A stretch of 10,637 bases of DNA from a virus (taxonomy: Duplodnaviria > Heunggongvirae > Uroviricota > Caudoviricetes). How positions within the stretch are numbered: the stretch's first letter is position 1; every line of letters begins with the position of its first letter. The position numbers and the translations under genes were made by a program. Shown here one piece after another: positions 1 through 6,716 of the stretch. The notes below the pieces were generated by a model. That model saw only the letters and a program-made list of their open reading frames with translations, did no database searches and was not told the DNA's origin. The stretch spans positions 1 to 10,637 of IMG/VR virus record IMGVR_UViG_2529292908_000010, one strand, 5' to 3'.

Positions 1-1119
1 TCAAATAACCAACTTAACCCATTCCTGACCTCGAGTATCGTTATAGCGATCGGTGGTAGCCTGGACTTTATGTCCCAGTAATGTTTTTGTATCGACACCC
101 TGTGCGCGGTACAACCGTTCTGACAGGGAGCGTTGTTCATGAAATGTTGGCGGTGTTTTTCCTGCTGGTGGAATTATTCCAGCCAGATCTCGCGCTTTGG
201 CGAAGTAATCGCTCAGGTTGTCTTTACTCATCGGTTTTGGTTGTTTCTGGTGCCTACTATGGATTAGGTATGGACTCAACATTCTGTCCCTGCATCCATC
301 AATAACTTCTTTTAACGATACCCCAATTTCATCGCATCGTAGCCTAAGAGGTAAGGCCAGACGCATTCCGGTTTTTCCTTGGGTTATATGTAGATGTCCA
401 TTCCATACATCTGAAAAACGCATGTGGCAAATGTCATCACGGCGCTGACCAGTAACAATCGCAAGAAGCATTGCGTTACGGATAAAGTGTTTTTCTGGCG
501 TTGCATTATAAATTTTTTGCCAGTCTTCCAGGGTGAGTCTGGATCTGGTCACTTTAGGGATCGGTTTACGGGTAGCCTCCGGAGGATTCCATCCAGGAGG
601 AACTTCTCCCGCATGCTGTGCTTCTTTATAAATATCAACCCATAATCCGCGATTTACTCTTGCTGTGCTGACCATGTCTTTATCCATCCACTCGTCCAGT
701 ATTAATGCAAAGTCTCTTACCTCCAGTTCTTTCAATGGGTGGTTTCCCAGGCGGGAAACCAGGTATGCAGCCATTCGCACTTTTTCTTTGTGGGTTGTAG
801 CTGCAATGTCTCCATTTTTCAGTCGCGAATCCTGTATTTTCAGATATCGATCAACCCATGCCTTTAATCTGATACCCCGACGTTTTGTTGCTGATGGACT
901 TTCATCAATTTTGCGCATGAAATATTCTGCTTCTGCTGCAGCTATTCGCTGATTGGCTGTTGCAGCGATTTTTTCTGCCTTGACTTTGTCTGTCCCAAGT
1001 CCGTGAAATTTTCCAGTCACAGGATTTTTATACTGGTAGTAAACCTTGCCAGTTCTGCGATCAAATTTTTCGTAAAGAGCTGCTACGTCAGTACTGTTTT
1101 TTCGTGGCCTCGGTGACAT
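1..1119 (-). CDS. int: Tyrosine site-specific recombinase, lambda Int family (prophage integrase)
   Basis: Complete 372-aa ORF, ATG at 1119-1117 and TAA at 3-1. Collinear with lambda Int from memory, including the HxxR box (TFHEQRSLSERLY) and C-terminal catalytic Tyr region (ATTDRYNDTRGQEW). First gene at the window edge, as at a prophage left end. Confidence 0.93.
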   Translation of the reverse strand: MSPRPRKNSTDVAALYEKFDRRTGKVYYQYKNPVTGKFHGLGTDKVKAEKIAATANQRIAAAEAEYFMRKIDESPSATKRRGIRLKAWVDRYLKIQDSRLKNGDIAATTHKEKVRMAAYLVSRLGNHPLKELEVRDFALILDEWMDKDMVSTARVNRGLWVDIYKEAQHAGEVPPGWNPPEATRKPIPKVTRSRLTLEDWQKIYNATPEKHFIRNAMLLAIVTGQRRDDICHMRFSDVWNGHLHITQGKTGMRLALPLRLRCDEIGVSLKEVIDGCRDRMLSPYLIHSRHQKQPKPMSKDNLSDYFAKARDLAGIIPPAGKTPPTFHEQRSLSERLYRAQGVDTKTLLGHKVQATTDRYNDTRGQEWVKLVI

Positions 1120-1357
1120 GGGTTAAAATCTCCTTCAGTGCGTCATCATCGCCAGTATGAATTTCCGGCGCAATTCCAGCTTCACCCGGTCCAACAAAGA
1201 CTGCGCGGCGATCTATTAGCCAGCGACCACGAATTTTTTGTGGTCTTGGTACGATGTATCCAAGTTTTCCGTATTTCACCAGGGTAGTGTTTGTTATTGG
1301 GAGACTGAACCGCTTAGGTTTCCACTCGTCGAGCGTAATCAGGTACTGTTCGCTCAT
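1088..1357 (-). CDS. xis: Excisionase (Xis-like)
   Basis: Small ORF directly upstream of int, overlapping its start by 32 nt as in lambda xis-int. N-terminus MSEQYLITLDEW resembles lambda Xis (MYLTLQEW...). ATG at 1357 has GGAG 8 nt upstream; the ORF track starts at an in-frame GTG at 1366, so the start is uncertain. Confidence 0.75.
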   Translation of the reverse strand: MSEQYLITLDEWKPKRFSLPITNTTLVKYGKLGYIVPRPQKIRGRWLIDRRAVFVGPGEAGIAPEIHTGDDDALKEILTHVTEATKKQY

Positions 1358-1418
1358 GACCATCACTCCGGAACGCGCCAGTTGCAGAATACCAACTACA
1401 ACCGGCGACGGTTGAACA

Positions 1419-3890
1419 TTAAAAATCAGCCTGACTCGGGATCAGTTTTTGCCAGATAACTGAAACGTATTTTGCCTGGTAACGGGCGTCATCAAGTGCA
1501 TTATGGCGCTCACCTTCGAATGGAATAGCCGTTCTGGCATCGAAGTCTATGGCTTTCCCCAGCTCAACGATTGTGCGTACATCGCGATCGTTGTAGTAAC
1601 GCCACGGGCAGGGGATCCCCTGCCGTTCGTATGAACGGCGCAAAATCGTGTTTTCGAAGTTGGCTCCATTTCCCCAGACCTGAACAAAAAATTCACCGGA
1701 GTTTTCGTCGATAAATTCCCGCAATTGTAACAGTGCATCATCTAACGGGATTTCATCGGTCATAATGGCAGACTGCGCTTCACGTGATTGCTTCAGCCAC
1801 CTTTTAATGACGTCACGATCAATGACTCCGCCAGCAGTTTCCAGATCGATAGTCTTACTAAATTCCGGTCCCATATCTCCGGTTTGCGGATCGAAAAATA
1901 TTGCATCTATTGAGATAATCGGGGCATCAGGATTTTTGCCCATTGTTTCAAGGTCAATCATCAGATGGTGCCACAACCTGCTGGTGGATGTGCTTTTACG
2001 ATGACCGTTCACCTTAATTAAGGGATTTGCTGTCTCGCCTATTTCATTATTGTCATTGGCATGTTGATCGCCTTCGGTGCACTCCTTGTTCGGGAGTCCG
2101 GCACTTTCTATTTCCTCTGGATCTTTTTCCCGGGCTTCATCCTGGCTTTCTTCGTTGAATGTCTCCTGGTAGGTTGCGTCACCCATCACTGCGCCACAAT
2201 CAGGGCAGTTACCACCACCAGTCTGATTGCATGCGGTACAAACTTTTTCCTCTTCCTGTTGCACGACTGGTTCAGGTTGTTTCGTTTCTGGCTCGTTTTG
2301 TAACGCATTTTGGCTGTTTTGTTCCGCTTTTTGGTCGTACTGTTCCGTTTCTGACTGGTTCTGGTGCACAGAATCGCGGGTTTCAATCCCCTTCACCCAT
2401 TTCGGATCATTCGGGTCGCTAATCCCTTCAACAAATTCACCACGTGATGCAGCGAGCAACTTATTAGCGTCAGGCTGGCTGATACTGGCTGCCTGCATAA
2501 TTTTGTTTACTTCGTCAGCGGTAACTTTTACCAGGTCTGGTTGTGCGGTCGTGTCAGATGCATCAGTATTTTGTTGTGAACCTGTGTATGTGCCGTTTTT
2601 GCGGGCAAAATATTCTTCTTTCGTGATTTCAGTTGCCCCGGCAGCCAGCGCCTTATCCAGACCAGAAAGTTTGTTTGCGCGACCGTATTTTTCGCCATCC
2701 TTGTCGGTGAAGAGGAAGTAGAACGGCCCCTCACGCTCTACAGATGGTTCGACTTCCACTTTGCATTCGGTTTTTTCGTTGTCCGGCATTGCCGTTTCCA
2801 CTGCATCAGCTTCTGGTACTGGCGACGGGAGAGTATTAGTTGTGCTCTGATTTGTTCCTTCATCTTCAAACACGCCCTTTGTAGTCAGGTATTCAGTGAT
2901 GTATTTGTTCAGCGCCACGGGATCTTTGTGAATGTCGATCGGACGTTCACGGACAAGGCCAAAAATAGTCTGACGGTCATAGCCAAGTGCTTCAGGCTGT
3001 TTGCGCATTGATGCCGAGATACGCTTCCAGTCTTCGCGGTCGTTGTCGATAACTTCATTTTTTGCCCAGCGATGGATGCTGCCGTCAATGTTTCCGGCAT
3101 CCACATCACCAGGCCAGAGAGCGTAGGCCAGTTCGTCATCCAGTGTTTTCCATGTCTGCTTGTATTCGCGATGAATGGCAGCAATGACCGGGCTGATTTT
3201 TCCTGTTGAATTTTCAGTGTGCTGTTGATTGGTTCTGGCGCGGGCGAGATCAACAACAGACGTGTATTTTCCTGTTTCCTTGCGTTCACCTTCGCGACGT
3301 TTTTTCCAGATGCGCATCTCTGCCTGAATTTCGGGCCATTTGGCACTAGGCTTACATTTATGCTTAACCCACCCGATGGCATGCAGCTTAAGCTCCGGAT
3401 ACATGGCGTTAACTTCTGGCATTTTCATCAACGCTTCAACGATATGTCCGTCGAATGTTGCCATGTCTTCCTGCAACAATTCCTGTGCGCTAATAACCAT
3501 ATCAACGGTGATGTTTTCACATGTGTCGAACTTAACCATGACAGCGTTCTGTACTTCAGGGGCCAGCTTGTCAAAAGTGACGTTCATCGGATCGGATTCA
3601 GTCTCAACCGGGACAAAGGAAGCAGACTCCTCATCCCAGCGGTTTTCCTGCATATATTCAGCATCCCATGAATCGAGGGCAGGGCGGGGTATGCCAGGTT
3701 TATCCTCGCAGACAATAAATTTATAAGCGCAGTCCTGAGCAGCCGGATAATGTTCCAGGAATTGCCAGTGAAATTTTGCTCGAGCACGGCGTTCGTCGCC
3801 AGCTTCAATGGCTGTGGCTACAGCCACAGCGCCTTCTTCCCTTGTTGCCAGTTCGTCAGGAATAGCGGCGCAAATAAAGACTTTACTCAT
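1419..3890 (-). CDS. Large early-left exonuclease (exodeoxyribonuclease VIII-like) with C-terminal DEDDh/DnaQ-like 3'-5' exonuclease domain and internal Cys4 zinc ribbon
   Basis: 823-aa ORF, ATG at 3890-3888, TAA at 1421-1419. C-terminal motifs MIDLETMG (Exo I), VWGNGANFEN (Exo II-like) and ERHNALDDARYQ (Exo III, H-x4-D). Central C-x2-C-x7-C-x2-C (CTACNQTGGGNCPDC) inside an acidic Q/E/N-rich stretch. Occupies the recE position upstream of xis-int. Family call is from motifs and memory, not a search. Confidence 0.85.
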   Translation of the reverse strand: MSKVFICAAIPDELATREEGAVAVATAIEAGDERRARAKFHWQFLEHYPAAQDCAYKFIVCEDKPGIPRPALDSWDAEYMQENRWDEESASFVPVETESDPMNVTFDKLAPEVQNAVMVKFDTCENITVDMVISAQELLQEDMATFDGHIVEALMKMPEVNAMYPELKLHAIGWVKHKCKPSAKWPEIQAEMRIWKKRREGERKETGKYTSVVDLARARTNQQHTENSTGKISPVIAAIHREYKQTWKTLDDELAYALWPGDVDAGNIDGSIHRWAKNEVIDNDREDWKRISASMRKQPEALGYDRQTIFGLVRERPIDIHKDPVALNKYITEYLTTKGVFEDEGTNQSTTNTLPSPVPEADAVETAMPDNEKTECKVEVEPSVEREGPFYFLFTDKDGEKYGRANKLSGLDKALAAGATEITKEEYFARKNGTYTGSQQNTDASDTTAQPDLVKVTADEVNKIMQAASISQPDANKLLAASRGEFVEGISDPNDPKWVKGIETRDSVHQNQSETEQYDQKAEQNSQNALQNEPETKQPEPVVQQEEEKVCTACNQTGGGNCPDCGAVMGDATYQETFNEESQDEAREKDPEEIESAGLPNKECTEGDQHANDNNEIGETANPLIKVNGHRKSTSTSRLWHHLMIDLETMGKNPDAPIISIDAIFFDPQTGDMGPEFSKTIDLETAGGVIDRDVIKRWLKQSREAQSAIMTDEIPLDDALLQLREFIDENSGEFFVQVWGNGANFENTILRRSYERQGIPCPWRYYNDRDVRTIVELGKAIDFDARTAIPFEGERHNALDDARYQAKYVSVIWQKLIPSQADF

Positions 3891-3985
3891 TTTGTTTTAA
3901 CCTCATTACAGATTTCAGGGTGAACGAATCCCTGCCATTGCTGGCATTTTTAATCCGTTGGTATGGCGTTAATATGGCTGGCGGG

Positions 3986-4174
3986 TTATCCAGCCGGTAT
4001 TGCGTTATTCAGGTTCAGCGATACTTTTTTTAACGGGAGGCATTCACCGGGGATTTTTTGTTCGTCCCTTACCTGAATGCAGGATGACTTACTGTCATAA
4101 ATTCCGGTAATCACATTTTGTGGCTCACCCGTTATAAGAAAAACGGTCATCACCAGTGCAAATGCTGAAGTCAC
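3986..4174 (-). CDS. Hypothetical small protein (62 aa), hydrophobic N-terminus
   Basis: ORF with GTG start at 4174-4172 overlapping the upstream stop (GTGA), GGAG 7 nt upstream. N-terminus MTSAFALVMTVFLITG is hydrophobic. No recognisable family; AT-rich context. Confidence 0.4.
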   Translation of the reverse strand: MTSAFALVMTVFLITGEPQNVITGIYDSKSSCIQVRDEQKIPGECLPLKKVSLNLNNAIPAG

Positions 4175-4359
4175 TGCTGTTCTCCGATAATACCAAGTTC
4201 AAGAAGGGCAATTCTGGAAAGTATGGAATTATCATTGAGAAGATAAGGTTCATATTTTCTCATCTTAATGGCATCTTCCGTAAACTCCCGGTTACTGAGC
4301 AGAACACCAATATCAAAACAACCTTCAGACGTATTAACGTTTGGTAATAACGTTTCCAT
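4171..4359 (-). CDS. Hypothetical small protein (62 aa)
   Basis: ATG at 4359-4357 with GAGGA 7 nt upstream; stop overlaps the start of the next ORF. No recognisable family. Confidence 0.45.
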   Translation of the reverse strand: METLLPNVNTSEGCFDIGVLLSNREFTEDAIKMRKYEPYLLNDNSILSRIALLELGIIGEQQ

Positions 4360-4376
4360 TATCGCGTCCTCAACAA

Positions 4377-4537
4377 TGAATTTTGTGATGCGGTGCCTGG
4401 TGCCTCCAGGTGACGTTAACCAGTTAACAATTAACGCCGGAATACAGAAGGATGCCCGTTACGCCCCGTAAAAGACCACTTTACGGTTTTAACTGTTCCG
4501 CGTGCGCATAGCCGCATTCACCGCATCACAAAATTCA
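4377..4537. repeat. Perfect 19-bp inverted repeat pair flanking a 123-bp palindrome-rich segment
   Basis: TGAATTTTGTGATGCGGTG at 4377-4395 and its exact reverse complement CACCGCATCACAAAATTCA at 4519-4537. Interior holds further palindromes (CCTGG-tgcct-CCAGG at 4396-4410; GTTAAC-cag-TTAAC at 4415-4428). Confidence 0.7.
4466..4490 (+). terminator. Terminator-like hairpin followed by TTTT (plus strand)
   Basis: CCGTAAA (4466-4472) pairs with TTTACGG (4480-4486), 7-nt loop, then TTTT at 4487-4490. Stem is AU-rich and no confident plus-strand gene lies upstream. Confidence 0.25.
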
Positions 4538-4835
4538 CTTTAAAAAGGGTGGCAGAGCAGTCACGGAGTAGAACTGATGCCACCAAATACTACACATGGG
4601 TATTGTGGCGGGGCTGTCACTTAAGCGTATGGTCAACCTGACGACCCGGTGCATTTTCTGGAGCAATGGAGGAAGCCCCAGCCATACTTACCGCCGCGCC
4701 ATTTCGCGGACTGCCACAACCGGAAGTGCACGGTCGAAGAAATTTAACGACAAGCCTTATATGCAAAGGAATCTCGCCGTGCGCTTTCGTGTTGTGTGCC
4801 TGCTTTTAACCACGTCAGGCGAGGTGGTTTCCGTC

Positions 4836-4864
4836 ATTCCCCAATAACAGGAAATCTGTATAAT
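4836..4864 (+). promoter_or_regulatory. Putative sigma70 promoter for the rightward membrane-protein gene
   Basis: Perfect -10 TATAAT at 4859-4864 preceded directly by TG; -35 is poor (ATTCCC/TTCCCC). Lies 35 bp upstream of the SD-ATG at 4898. Confidence 0.3.
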
Positions 4865-4897
4865 CTGGATATCCCCAACAACAGGAAGGTGTTTTAT

Positions 4898-5056
4898 ATG
4901 GTGGTTCAAAAGAATTGTTCAGGTACTGGTAAGCCTGCGGACAGGGCGGACATTCCGAATACCAGGAAACATATACCTGAGAAAAACATTCGACCAAAAC
5001 CATCTCCAGCTCCTTCAGAGGAGAGGGGGAACAGCAACAATCAAACAAGCAGGTGA
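4898..5056 (+). CDS. Hypothetical small hydrophilic protein (52 aa)
   Basis: ATG at 4898 with AGGAAGG 8 nt upstream; stop 7 nt before the next ATG. Pro-rich, low-complexity product and not in the track under this start, so it may instead be a leader region. Confidence 0.3.
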   Translation: MVVQKNCSGTGKPADRADIPNTRKHIPEKNIRPKPSPAPSEERGNSNNQTSR

Positions 5057-5062
5057 TGATAT

Positions 5063-5509
5063 ATGGACCGGGATGATATTCTTGACAGGGTTTTATATGG
5101 TTATTTTCTTGAACAACTATTCTCTGTAGCGACTGGTCGTCTCGATAAACTTTTCTCAGTGGTGAGTATTATCCTCGGTTCATCTGTCATTGGTGGATTT
5201 ATTCCTGAAGTTTCTGGAGTTCTCATCGTTGTGATAGCAACCGTTCAAACGATTTACGGATTCGGACAAAAGTCAGGTAACGCAATGAGAAAATCCGCAG
5301 AATATCTGCAGCTTTATGATGATGCAGAAAAATATTCCGATTCGGAATTGAAAATGCAGTTAAAGCTCCTGGAAAAAACAGATGATAATATTTGGTCGTC
5401 GCTTAAAGATATCGCAATCTTAAAAACCCAGATCAAAATAGGAATCTCCGTAGAACAACAAGAGAAACTGTCTGCAAAATCCAAATTGATGCGATTCCTT
5501 TGTGGTTAG
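5063..5509 (+). CDS. Small membrane protein, putative superinfection-exclusion / abortive-infection protein (SieB-like by architecture and position)
   Basis: 148-aa ORF, ATG at 5063 with AGGTGA 6 nt upstream. Two predicted TM helices (LFSVVSIILGSSVIGGFI; VLIVVIATVQTIYGF) then a charged helical tail. Rightward gene set among leftward early genes, as sieB is in lambda/Rac. Confidence 0.7.
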   Translation: MDRDDILDRVLYGYFLEQLFSVATGRLDKLFSVVSIILGSSVIGGFIPEVSGVLIVVIATVQTIYGFGQKSGNAMRKSAEYLQLYDDAEKYSDSELKMQLKLLEKTDDNIWSSLKDIAILKTQIKIGISVEQQEKLSAKSKLMRFLCG

Positions 5510-5607
5510 GAATACCCAGATTGTTAAAGAGCATGCCGAATGCTTACCCGTGTCCGGCGAACGTATTCCACTTCGCCTGTGGAGAACTCTTTAATTACTA
5601 ACCTTCA

Positions 5608-5760
5608 TCAGTCAGAGTTTCTTGCTAACCAGCGATGCGCGCCAGCTTCAGTTTTAAACGTTTTGCTTCTGGTATACGTCATCGCGGTAAACGTGCCGTC
5701 CTGGTTAGGGAACACACCACATACCAGAGATTCGTTGTTGCCAAGATTGAGCATATCCAT
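5608..5760 (-). CDS. Small hypothetical prophage protein (50 aa), YdaF/YdfA-like by size and position
   Basis: ATG at 5760-5758 with GAGG 5 nt upstream, TGA at 5610-5608. Product MDMLNLGNNESLVCGVFPNQDGTFTAMTYTRSKTFKTEAGAHRWLARNSD is not compositionally biased. Below the 60-aa track cutoff; translated by hand. Confidence 0.45.
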   Translation of the reverse strand: MDMLNLGNNESLVCGVFPNQDGTFTAMTYTRSKTFKTEAGAHRWLARNSD

Positions 5761-5933
5761 GTTGACCTCATTTCCCCTTAACGCCGGGTCGCGGAACTAA
5801 AAACCTGCTGCGCTGTTATACAAAGTGTTCCCGCCGTCATGTTCATACGCCTCGGGCTGGCTACTTAACCCCTGACCACTGCCGGGTAACTCTAGGTATT
5901 GCCTGGCGTTCTGTGGGACGGGGTGGTGAAGTT

Positions 5934-5963
5934 AGTTTATACAAAAATAAACTAAACAGCCAA
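5934..5963 (-). promoter_or_regulatory. Putative leftward early promoter (pL-like) with overlapping 20-bp operator-like palindrome
   Basis: Minus strand: -35 TTGGCT (5963-5958), 16-nt spacer, -10 TATAAA (5941-5936). Palindrome AGTTTA-N8-TAAACT at 5953-5934 overlaps the -10. Lies just downstream of the parE terminator. Confidence 0.4.
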
Positions 5964-5984
5964 TATGTAACTTAACGCTTTGGC

Positions 5985-6010
5985 GTAAATAACCCCCTTT
6001 TGAGAGGGGG
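5985..6010 (-). terminator. Rho-independent terminator of the repressor/toxin-antitoxin operon
   Basis: Minus strand: GC-rich stem CCCCCT/AGGGGG (6010-5993) followed by UUAUUUA (5992-5986), 16 nt after the parE stop. Confidence 0.55.
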
Positions 6011-6025
6011 CTTTGCTTCGGGGGA

Positions 6026-6313
6026 TTAAGGTGTTACAGGGAACTGTCGGCGGGCGTGAACTACGTTAACAATTTCAATGCCTGAAATTGTCACGCGGTA
6101 CAGTATTATGTAATTGGGGTGGGCTACAATTTCACGTAAACCGGGTACTCTGTCGCTTGGCGGGTATAAATACGGATGCTCAGATAATGGCAGAACGCAA
6201 GTCCTTAAGCGTTTCCACAAACGTTCTGCCGCATCTATGTCAAAACGTGCAATATAGCTGGTTATCTCATCTAGGTCGGTATCTGCGCTTTCAAGCCATA
6301 ACACGGGTAACAT
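6026..6313 (-). CDS. parE: ParE/RelE-superfamily toxin (ParE2-like)
   Basis: 95-aa ORF with RelE/ParE hallmarks (REIVAHPNYIILYRV...IEIVNVVHARR). ATG at 6313-6311 abuts the stop of the upstream antitoxin gene (TAA-ATG). Confidence 0.9.
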   Translation of the reverse strand: MLPVLWLESADTDLDEITSYIARFDIDAAERLWKRLRTCVLPLSEHPYLYPPSDRVPGLREIVAHPNYIILYRVTISGIEIVNVVHARRQFPVTP

Positions 6314-6505
6314 TTACTGTTTGCTCCGTTCCTTGCGCATTTTTGCAAAGCGTTCTGCCATTCTGCGTTCAACTTCGTCATGAGGAATAGCTGGACGTGG
6401 ATCAGCTAGGCTCGCGGCCACTTTTGCACGCAACCATTGGTTATAACTATTTTCTTGCTCGACGGTTTCAAATTCAGAAACCATTGGTGAAAGGGCTGTG
6501 TTCAT
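6314..6505 (-). CDS. paaA2: PaaA2-like antitoxin
   Basis: 63-aa ORF directly upstream of and coupled to parE, GAGG 6 nt before the ATG. Sequence (MNTALSPMVSEFETVEQENSYNQWLRAKVAASLADPRPAIPHDEVERRMAERFAKMRKERSKQ) matches my recollection of E. coli O157 PaaA2; recollection unverified. Confidence 0.8.
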   Translation of the reverse strand: MNTALSPMVSEFETVEQENSYNQWLRAKVAASLADPRPAIPHDEVERRMAERFAKMRKERSKQ

Positions 6506-6542
6506 ATGGTGAACCTCATCTTGTAAGTGCTGGTAAATCGGC

Positions 6543-6716
6543 CTAGGTAACTTTCTGTTGTGCTTCTAGCCACCTTGCAACTATACGATCCATTGCCTCT
6601 TTTTTCTCCTTCATATCTTTTAGCATTTGCTGTTGATCTTCCTCTGGAAATGCGTCAAATGTTTGAAGTAGTTCTTTTTGCCTAGGGGTTATTTTTAATA
6701 TACCCTGTGCCCTGTC
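6543..6716 (-). other. -1-frame continuation encoding the C-terminal domain of the PaaR2-like regulator
   Basis: From the slippery site the -1 frame reads DRAQGILKITPRQKELLQTFDAFPEEDQQQMLKDMKEKKEAMDRIVARWLEAQQKVT*, homologous to the C-terminal domain of the 6925..7338 gene. This frame opens only 4 codons before the slip site and has no usable start. Confidence 0.5.

Noticed and set aside
81-952. Plus-strand ORFs 81..305, 218..448, 424..645, 665..952
   Set aside because: All lie antisense inside the well-supported integrase gene, with no SD and no family resemblance.
1238-1459. Plus-strand ORF of 73 aa
   Set aside because: Antisense to the excisionase gene and the xis-exonuclease junction; no SD.
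164-1987. Two Chi octamers GCTGGTGG on the plus strand (164-171 and 1980-1987)
   Set aside because: Chi is common in E. coli-like genomes; two copies in 10 kb is not clearly above expectation and both are inside coding sequence.
1547-3808. Alternative-frame ORFs inside the exonuclease gene on both strands (1547..1741, 1765..2004, 2061..2303, 2159..2422, 2186..2386, 2227..2721, 2528..2734, 2909..3382, 3219..3671, 3340..3726, 3584..3808)
   Set aside because: Nested in a long, motif-supported CDS. Several arise from the repetitive Q/E-rich coding segment, including the K/R-rich 2186..2386 product.
3933-3951. Short hairpin TGCCA-ttgc-TGGCA followed by TTTTT on the plus strand
   Set aside because: Only a 5-bp stem, with no plus-strand gene to terminate; it sits in the leader of the exonuclease gene.
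4156-4471. Plus-strand ORFs 4156..4347 and 4268..4471
   Set aside because: No SD, antisense to the SD-supported minus-strand pair, and AT-rich sequence gives open frames easily.
4596-5048. ORFs 4596..4847 (+), the 4796 N-terminal extension of 4796..5056 (+), and Cys-rich 4815..5048 (-)
   Set aside because: No ribosome-binding sites and odd composition. The 4796 start would lie upstream of the only plausible promoter -10 at 4859-4864.
5563-5579. Hairpins between the convergent SieB-like and 50-aa genes (TCCAC-N7-GTGGA and AGCAT-N5-ATGCT near 5540-5556)
   Set aside because: Short stems without convincing U-tracts; a convergent terminator is plausible here but cannot be placed confidently.
5540-5800. 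Plus-strand ORF of 86 aa
   Set aside because: Antisense to the SD-supported 50-aa gene; non-protein-like product.
5789-5857. Tiny 22-aa minus-strand ORF (MNMTAGTLCITAQQVFSSATRR) between the pL-like promoter and the 50-aa gene
   Set aside because: Too short, SD spacing only 3 nt, and it cannot be extended upstream because of an in-frame TAA.
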